In this document: one piece after another, positions 1 to 5,218 of the stretch | Position numbering within the stretch: position 1 is the stretch's first letter | Layout of the letters: every line of letters begins with the position of its first letter | Assembly (NCBI GenBank): GCA_964468425.1 | Contig: CAYXSZ010000061.1 | Location: 1-5,999 of the forward strand | Source of the DNA: Candidatus Woesearchaeota archaeon | GTDB lineage: Archaea; Nanobdellota; Nanobdellia; Nanobdellales; Nanobdellaceae | Direction: 5' to 3' | Length of the DNA stretch: 5,999 bases | The notes under the pieces: generated by a model | What the model was told of the DNA's origin: nothing | The model's input: the letters and a program-made list of their open reading frames with translations, nothing else | The model's database searches: none | Position numbers and translations under genes: made by a program

Positions 1-188
<188 letters not shown>

Positions 189-214
189 CCGACGAGCCTC
201 GTCGGTGGGGCCCC
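189..214 (+). other. GC-rich 16S 3' trailer with a hairpin-capable inverted repeat; possibly part of the pre-rRNA processing stem
   Basis: CCGACG(189-194)-AGCCT-CGTCGG(200-205) can form a 6-bp stem with a 5-nt loop. It is followed by the palindrome GGGGCCCC (207-214). GC-richness stops abruptly at 214. The 5' flank that would pair with it in an archaeal bulge-helix-bulge processing stem lies outside the window, so the function is inferred. Confidence 0.35.
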
Positions 215-234
215 TAATTCTTCTTAAAATTTTG
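215..234 (+). promoter_or_regulatory. A/T-rich TATA-like stretch upstream of tgtA (candidate archaeal promoter; also a T-rich candidate 16S termination zone)
   Basis: TAATTCTTCTTAAAATTTTG lies 15-34 nt upstream of the ATG at 249. No Shine-Dalgarno-like motif lies between it and the ATG. The exact TATA register is ambiguous: TTAAAATT at 224-231 is only about 22 nt from the ATG. Confidence 0.3.
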
Positions 235-248
235 TTCCAAACTTCTCT

Positions 249-1484
249 ATGTTCGAAATAAAAGAAAGAGACGCTGCTGGGAGACTTTCTATACTTAAGA
301 TAAACAATAAGAAGATTAAGTTACCCACAATTCTCCCAGTAGTTAATCCAAACAAACCAATTATCACTCCAAAAGAACTTCAAGAGAAATTCAAAATCGA
401 AGCTTTAATTACTAACGCTTATATTATCTACAACTCTTCTCTGAAAGAAAAAGCACTGGATAAAGGAATCCATAGATTACTTGGGTTTGATGGAGTAATT
501 GAAACAGATTCTGGGTCTTATCAAATGCTTCATTATAAAAAAAGTTTAGAGGTTTCCAATAAAGAAATAGTAGACTTTCAAATAAAAATAGGCGCAGATA
601 TTATTAATGTTCTTGATATTCCAACAGACATAGAAGCCACCTTCGAAGAAACAGAAAAGGATCTTCAAATCACTTTAAAAAGAATACAGGAAGGTATTTC
701 CCTGAAACCTTCAAATGTTTTAATGAATGGAGCTATCCAAGGAGGTGTTTATCCAGAATTAAGAAAGAAGGCTGGGAAATTGGTTAGCGCGCTCCCTGTA
801 GACATCTTTGCAATTGGTACTATAGTGCCTTACTTAATAAATTATCAATTCAAAAAGCTATTTGAGCTGATTCTCGAAGCCCGAGTAGTACTCCCTATGA
901 ACAAGCCAGTTCATTTATTCGGACTTGGACACCCCTTAGTTTTCCCTCTTTCAGTGGCAATAGGAACTGATATCTTTGATTCTGCTTCCTATGTGCTCTA
1001 TGCCTATGATAATAGAGTTATAACTCCTTATGGAACCCTTCGCCTTGAAAAAGCACAAGAACTTTTAATTAAGACTTCCAAAAGGATTTACGAAGCTAAA
1101 GAGCTTCTAGAAATGGAAAAGGAAGAAAGAGTCAGAGTTCTAGCAGAGCACAATCTTTTAACTTTGATAGATGAAATTTTTAGGGTACGGGACGCTATAA
1201 AAAATCATTATTTGTGGGATCTGGTGATCATAAAAGCCCATTCGCATTATAAAGTTTACGAGGCTACTAGATTCGTGCTTAAAAAGTATTATTCATGGTT
1301 GAAAGCATTTGATCCTGTAAGAAAATCTAAGGGAATTACGAGTTACAGCGACCTTCTTGAGCTACGATCAGATATCCGAAGAGCCTTAGAAAGACTCAAG
1401 GAACGTGTTAAAAAGGAAGATATTGAAGCCATCTACGAGTACGTGTATCCGTTTAACAGTTTAAAAGATGTTAAACCAATATAA
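249..1484 (+). CDS. tgtA: Archaeosine tRNA-guanine transglycosylase (arcTGT), catalytic TIM-barrel domain only; no C-terminal C2/PUA domains
   Basis: ATG start and TAA stop. From my recollection of the Pyrococcus horikoshii enzyme, there is strong family-level similarity to archaeal TGT along the whole length. Matching segments include MFEIKERDAAGR, LPVVNP, ITNAYIIY, IETDSGSYQ (Asp87), PVHLFGLGHP, DIFDSASY (Asp244), EERVRVLAEHNL and YPF near the C-terminus. At 411 aa it is well short of roughly 580 aa or more for the canonical archaeal enzyme. Confidence 0.9.
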   Translation: MFEIKERDAAGRLSILKINNKKIKLPTILPVVNPNKPIITPKELQEKFKIEALITNAYIIYNSSLKEKALDKGIHRLLGFDGVIETDSGSYQMLHYKKSLEVSNKEIVDFQIKIGADIINVLDIPTDIEATFEETEKDLQITLKRIQEGISLKPSNVLMNGAIQGGVYPELRKKAGKLVSALPVDIFAIGTIVPYLINYQFKKLFELILEARVVLPMNKPVHLFGLGHPLVFPLSVAIGTDIFDSASYVLYAYDNRVITPYGTLRLEKAQELLIKTSKRIYEAKELLEMEKEERVRVLAEHNLLTLIDEIFRVRDAIKNHYLWDLVIIKAHSHYKVYEATRFVLKKYYSWLKAFDPVRKSKGITSYSDLLELRSDIRRALERLKERVKKEDIEAIYEYVYPFNSLKDVKPI

Positions 1485-1980
1485 AAAACTAATTAAGCGA
1501 AAGTTCAGAGAAAGTAGAATGGTTTACAGGTTTAATGAAGTAAATTTGATCGGAGTAAGATCTAGTACATTCTCATATGTTAAAAAAATTCTAAACGAAG
1601 TAAACATTCAGAACAACATCCAACTAAAAATAAACGTTTGTGAGTTCGACTCTGTTGAAAAGATACTCCTCCCTAAAGGGAACAATCTTTTAGTTTTACC
1701 GGCTGAAGCTATAGCTACAATTTTTCTGCTAAATGTAACCCGAATAGACACGGAGCTGTCAAAGTATCTCCACGAATCTTGTGAAGAGTTTTTCAATGTA
1801 ACTTATTTTGTGTCTGAAACTAAAGTTTCGCAAGCGCTTGGAAAACCCAAAAAGAATTTATTTTCTAAATATAAAGAAGTAGAAAATTTTGTTTCAGAAC
1901 TATTTGAGTTAAACGATAAGTTTCATAAGAGTTCAACGAATCTCATATTAACTCTTGTTAGGGAAGGTCTTTTTCTTTAA
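1468..1980 (+). CDS. Hypothetical protein (170 aa from ATG 1468, or 153 aa from ATG 1519); no recognisable motif
   Basis: This is a long ORF in the same orientation as tgtA. Its ATG at 1468 overlaps the last 17 nt of tgtA. There is an alternative in-frame ATG at 1519 (MVYRF...). Composition is Lys/Asn/Glu-rich like the neighbouring genes. I recognise no family signature. The only opposite-strand ORF (1608-1796) is shorter and low-complexity. Confidence 0.5.
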   Translation: MLNQYKKLIKRKFRESRMVYRFNEVNLIGVRSSTFSYVKKILNEVNIQNNIQLKINVCEFDSVEKILLPKGNNLLVLPAEAIATIFLLNVTRIDTELSKYLHESCEEFFNVTYFVSETKVSQALGKPKKNLFSKYKEVENFVSELFELNDKFHKSSTNLILTLVREGLFL

Positions 1981-2490
1981 AAAGAAGACAAAATCCTTAA
2001 CCTCTTCGCCCTCCCAGATTATGTCGAAATATTTTTCAAATAAACTTTTCCAGTACTCTTTTTTTGAGCCTCGTTTCAGGACGGAGACTATCAAGAGTCC
2101 ATTAGGGTGAAGAGTTTGATAAATATTTTTCAAATCCTTTTCGGGCTCCTCAGAATCTTGTAAAACAGTTATGCAAGTAACAAGATCGAAGGATTCATTC
2201 AAATTATATTCTGAAAGAAATGTGACGTCTGGATGTTTTTTCTTTGCGAGTTCTAGCATTTTTTCAGAGATATCATAGGCGTATACTCTTTTACATAACT
2301 TCTTAACAAGTTCTATAGAAATCCCAGTTCCGCATCCATAGTCCATTCCTTTTTCAAATTGGAGTTCTCCAAAAATTCGTTTGAAGTTGGAATAGATATA
2401 GTTTATCTTATCTTTCTGCTCCTCTCCATAGAGTTCGTCGTAAGACGAAAAAATCGAGTTGTACCAAACCTTAACTCTCGATTGTGACAC
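1948..2490 (-). CDS. Class I (Rossmann-fold) SAM-dependent methyltransferase, 180 aa, substrate unknown
   Basis: Motif I MDYGCGTG is encoded at about 2323-2346. It is followed by an acidic beta-2 end (VYAYDIS), then FDLVTCITVLQ and HPNGLLIVSV, and is preceded by an N-terminal YDELYG segment typical of small methyltransferases. The only start upstream of the conserved N-terminus is the GTG at 2488-2490, which lies 20 nt inside the 3' end of the uL5 gene. Confidence 0.8.
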   Translation of the reverse strand: MSQSRVKVWYNSIFSSYDELYGEEQKDKINYIYSNFKRIFGELQFEKGMDYGCGTGISIELVKKLCKRVYAYDISEKMLELAKKKHPDVTFLSEYNLNESFDLVTCITVLQDSEEPEKDLKNIYQTLHPNGLLIVSVLKRGSKKEYWKSLFEKYFDIIWEGEEVKDFVFFLKKKTFPNKS

Positions 2491-3001
2491 CGAATTTTTC
2501 TTTTAACCACTCAATAACTTCCTCCTTTGTAGTTCTATGTCTCTTAGGAATCTTTCCCCGTTTCAGACGTCTTTTTGCAACTCTATAACCTGGTCTAGAA
2601 ACGGTTACAACTACATCCATCCCATACATTCCAATTTCGGGATCGTATTTCATTCCAGGAATCCAAACATACTCTTTTATTCCAAATCCAAAGTTTCCAA
2701 ATTCATCGAATTGAGACTTGCTGAGTGTGTTGTTTACGGCTTGTAAGAGCCATTTGAGCGCTTCTTCCGCCTCTTTCTTTCTAAGTGTAAGTTTGACTCC
2801 TATAGGAAGACCAGGACGAATTCCCCAGGAAGGGACTCTCTTCTTCGCCCGAGTCACCACAAGTTTCTTGTTGGGAAACATTTTTTGCAAGAGTTTTTGG
2901 GCTCGCTCAAGAGGCTCTCCTGCTTGACCTACCCCTATGTTGATTGTTACTTTTTCTATGATAATCCTTCGCATTGGGTTATTCTTATTAGCATTCCCCA
3001 T
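2471..3001 (-). CDS. rpl5: 50S ribosomal protein uL5 (L5)
   Basis: ATG at 2999-3001 and TAA at 2471-2473. uL5 hallmarks are present: KVTINIGVG, GIRPGLPIGVKLTLR, GNFGFGIKE, YDPEIGMYGMDV and VSRPGYRV. The ATG lies one base after the eS4 stop (TAA-G-ATG). Confidence 0.95.
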   Translation of the reverse strand: MGNANKNNPMRRIIIEKVTINIGVGQAGEPLERAQKLLQKMFPNKKLVVTRAKKRVPSWGIRPGLPIGVKLTLRKKEAEEALKWLLQAVNNTLSKSQFDEFGNFGFGIKEYVWIPGMKYDPEIGMYGMDVVVTVSRPGYRVAKRRLKRGKIPKRHRTTKEEVIEWLKEKFGVTIES

Positions 3002-3002
3002 C

Positions 3003-3764
3003 TTACTCTTGGTTTAACTGAACAGCTTTTTGGCCGAAGGGAAGCGAGATCTCTAGCTCTTGTTCTCCTACTGGGATTGCGTAGTTGAAAACTGTCTCCT
3101 TAATTTCTCCTGTTACTAAATCTTCGTAAACCACGAATCGAGTGTGCCCGAAGGGTTTCCTGAGAACTTTGATTTCCTTGACTCTTCCGAGAGACCCAGC
3201 CTTAGCTCCGTAGAAGAAGTAGACGATCGTTCCTTCCTTTATCGGAATTATCTTTTCGATGTTTTGATCTGGGAGAGAGATTAATAAACCATCGCCAACC
3301 TTGATTTCAGAATCAATTATGAAGTTTCTTCCGTCGTGTCCGGTAACCTGGATTCTTCCACCTTTGACCATTTGCTTTCTGATAACTCTAACGATCTTGC
3401 ATTTAGATTCTTCTTCAGGGATTTCGTGAAGGAACAACTTTAGTTTATGATTGATTAGAACCCTAAAGTGCTTATCGAGATCCGGGATAGAAAGAGTGTC
3501 CATCAGACCGACCTGAAAGCTCGGATCCCTTACAGGTCTTCCATCTACGAGAATTTTCTCATTATTCAAAATAAATCTAACTTCCCTCATGTTTTTAGCT
3601 ATTCCTAAGTAGTCTCTGAGCCAGACTGCTATGGGCATTCCCATTTCCATCGAGTGAGGACCGGGGCTTGGTTTAATTATCCACTTCGCTCCCTTTCTCG
3701 GAATTGGCCAAGTTTTTGGAGCTGCGAGACGTTTCAAATGCTTTCTCCCAGTAGTATGACCCAT
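3003..3764 (-). CDS. rps4e: 30S ribosomal protein eS4 (S4e)
   Basis: ATG at 3762-3764. The N-terminus GRKHLKRLAAPKTWPIPRKGAKWIIKPSPGPH is the eS4 signature. It continues with REVRFILNNEKILVDGRPVRD and a KOW-like segment, GTIVYFFYGAKAGSLGRV. Confidence 0.95.
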   Translation of the reverse strand: MGHTTGRKHLKRLAAPKTWPIPRKGAKWIIKPSPGPHSMEMGMPIAVWLRDYLGIAKNMREVRFILNNEKILVDGRPVRDPSFQVGLMDTLSIPDLDKHFRVLINHKLKLFLHEIPEEESKCKIVRVIRKQMVKGGRIQVTGHDGRNFIIDSEIKVGDGLLISLPDQNIEKIIPIKEGTIVYFFYGAKAGSLGRVKEIKVLRKPFGHTRFVVYEDLVTGEIKETVFNYAIPVGEQELEISLPFGQKAVQLNQE

Positions 3765-3785
3765 CTTTTGATTTTGAGTGGAATG

Positions 3786-3793
3786 TTTAAAAA
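3786..3793 (-). promoter_or_regulatory. Candidate TATA box (TTTTTAAA on the - strand) for eS4
   Basis: It sits in the 30-nt uL24-eS4 spacer. Its centre is about 25-26 nt upstream of the eS4 ATG, which is the spacing expected for an archaeal TATA box driving a leaderless mRNA. No SD-like motif is present. Confidence 0.3.
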
Positions 3794-3794
3794 G

Positions 3795-4301
3795 CTACTT
3801 GAAGGATTTGTTTAGCTCGTAGACCTTCGAAAGATCGTCCTTGCTAGTTATTGAAATTTTTAAGAGGTTGTCAATATCTTTATCAGACAATTCAGGATTC
3901 CTTCTGCGAATTATATCTATCCTCTTTTTATCAGTGAGATTTAACTTAGTAATCATCAATTTTGACGCGTGAAGCGGATAGTAACTTTTTTCGCCGTTTT
4001 TCTTTTCGACAAAAGCAGTGTCCACGTAAACTCTATATTTCTTTGTATCTACGTAAATTACGGAACCTTCCTTATCTCTAAACTTCCCTCTGAGGATTCT
4101 GACTTTGTCTCCCACAACTACTGGAAGATTCTTAATTTTTATAATATCTCTTATTTCCTTTGATAAAGGAGAAACTATTAGTTTTCTTCTCACGTGCTTC
4201 GGCGCGTTAATAAGATATTTTCTCTGTTTTCTAGGTTGCTTTGAACTCTTCCAGCTCGAGGACCAGTCCGATGGATTTACATTCTTGAACGTTAAAGCCA
4301 T
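3795..4301 (-). CDS. rpl24: 50S ribosomal protein uL24 (L24), with N- and C-terminal extensions
   Basis: It carries the core uL24 signature SKQPRKQRKYLINAPKHVRRKLIVSPLSKE. It also has a KOW motif (VVVGDKVRILRGKFRDKEGSV) and YYPLHASKLMITKL. The ORF track starts at 4310, but that codon is TTG. The ATG at 4299-4301 (MALTFK...) is the more likely start. The stop is TAG at 3795-3797. Confidence 0.9.
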   Translation of the reverse strand: MALTFKNVNPSDWSSSWKSSKQPRKQRKYLINAPKHVRRKLIVSPLSKEIRDIIKIKNLPVVVGDKVRILRGKFRDKEGSVIYVDTKKYRVYVDTAFVEKKNGEKSYYPLHASKLMITKLNLTDKKRIDIIRRRNPELSDKDIDNLLKISITSKDDLSKVYELNKSFK

Positions 4302-4322
4302 TTTAAGCAAATACAGGAAAAA

Positions 4323-4330
4323 ATTTAAAA
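4323..4330 (-). promoter_or_regulatory. Candidate TATA box (TTTTAAAT on the - strand) for uL24, overlapping the lysS stop codon
   Basis: Its centre is about 25-26 nt upstream of the uL24 ATG at 4301, the same spacing as the eS4 candidate. It overlaps the TAA (4325-4327) that ends the LysRS C-terminal ORF. Confidence 0.35.
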
Positions 4331-5218
4331 GTTAGTAGATCTCCGCTTTAGCAAATTTATCAACTCATTTCTCGAGATTTTTCCTAGATAATAATCTACA
4401 AGTTCTGGAAATTCTTCTGCAGCATTTGTTATTCCTTCATTGTTAATTTTGACAAATGGAAATGCTATCACTTCTTTAATGGATTCTATTCCGAGAACAG
4501 CCATCGCCAATCTTTGTATTCCAACGCCAACGCCTCCCGTGGGCGGCAAACCGTACTCTAAAGCTCTTACATAATCTTTATCCATTGGCATGTATTCTAA
4601 TCCTTCTTTTTTGACTTGTTTTCTAAGTTCTTCTTCCTCTTTGAAGGCTAAATATTGCAGGAATGGATTATTTTGTTCTGAATACCCATTTCCAACTTCT
4701 AAACTATTTATATGGATCTCAAATCTTTCTACATACTCTGGATTTTCCCTATGTGGCTTTGCTAGCGGAGAAACATCTCTCCTAAACAATGTAATAAATG
4801 TAGGATCCGTTATTTTAGGTTGCACATATTTCTCAAACAATTCTTCAATGATCTTGCCTTTCCTTGAAAGTTTCTCTTCATCTTCGATTCCTAAATCTTT
4901 TTTTGCTATTTCTTTTAGCTCTTCGAAACTTAGTTTAGATACATCGATCCCAGTTTCTCTTTTTATCGCTTCTTCCATTGGAAGTCTCTCCCAAGGAGGT
5001 TTAAAGTCCAGTATTTTGTCCCCAATTTCTACTTTATAATCTCCAAATATGTGTTTAATTGTATAAGCTATCATTTCTTCTGTTAATTTCATAATTCTCT
5101 TCCAATCCGCAAATGCCCAATATACTTCGATTTGTTCAAACTCTGGATTATGTGTTGCATCGATATCTTCGTTTCTAAAACAAAGAGCAATTTCATAGAC
5201 TTTATAGAACTGCCCCAC
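4325..5218 (-). CDS. lysS: Lysyl-tRNA synthetase, class II, C-terminal part (motif 2, insertion domain, motif 3), in a separate frame from the N-terminal part
   Basis: FRNEDIDATHNPEFEQIEVYWAFADW is motif 2. ERFEIHINSLEVGNGYSE is present, and YGLPPTGGVGVGIQRLAM is motif 3. The part is colinear with my recollection of E. coli LysS. It opens with GTG at 5216-5218, sharing base 5218 with the TAG of the upstream ORF. It should be read together with 5218-5922 as one interrupted gene. Confidence 0.85.
   Translation of the reverse strand: MGQFYKVYEIALCFRNEDIDATHNPEFEQIEVYWAFADWKRIMKLTEEMIAYTIKHIFGDYKVEIGDKILDFKPPWERLPMEEAIKRETGIDVSKLSFEELKEIAKKDLGIEDEEKLSRKGKIIEELFEKYVQPKITDPTFITLFRRDVSPLAKPHRENPEYVERFEIHINSLEVGNGYSEQNNPFLQYLAFKEEEELRKQVKKEGLEYMPMDKDYVRALEYGLPPTGGVGVGIQRLAMAVLGIESIKEVIAFPFVKINNEGITNAAEEFPELVDYYLGKISRNELINLLKRRSTNF

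Noticed and set aside
1608-1796. 62-aa ORF antisense to the orphan ORF
   Set aside because: It is short, low-complexity and Ser/Phe-rich, typical of a shadow frame opposite an AT-rich coding region. It has no motif and no plausible promoter context.
1468-1980. The idea that the orphan ORF is the missing C2/PUA half of the split arcTGT
   Set aside because: I see no colinearity with the arcTGT C-terminal domains as I recall them. There is no PUA-like G-x-V/DEV-type segment and no match to the ...GKDVFAKFV...IRPYDEV... region. Adjacency alone does not support it.
2537-3088. Three + strand ORFs (2537-2746, 2718-2927, 2885-3088) opposite uL5 and eS4
   Set aside because: They lie entirely antisense to confidently identified ribosomal-protein genes. 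Their translations are Ser/Phe/Leu-rich shadow-frame products with no recognisable features.
4302-4310. uL24 start at 4310, as given in the ORF track
   Set aside because: The codon at 4308-4310 is TTG. An ATG lies three codons downstream (4299-4301) and keeps the 25-26 nt spacing from the TATA-like element, so I prefer 4301.
3969-4335. Two + strand ORFs (3969-4163, 4105-4335) opposite uL24
   Set aside because: They are antisense shadows of a well-supported uL24 gene, with hydrophobic, low-complexity translations.
4590-5039. 149-aa + strand ORF opposite the lysS C-terminal part
   Set aside because: It is a very Ser/Phe/Leu-rich shadow frame opposite a strongly conserved LysRS catalytic domain. 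It is long only because the opposite strand's Lys/Glu codon bias suppresses stops.
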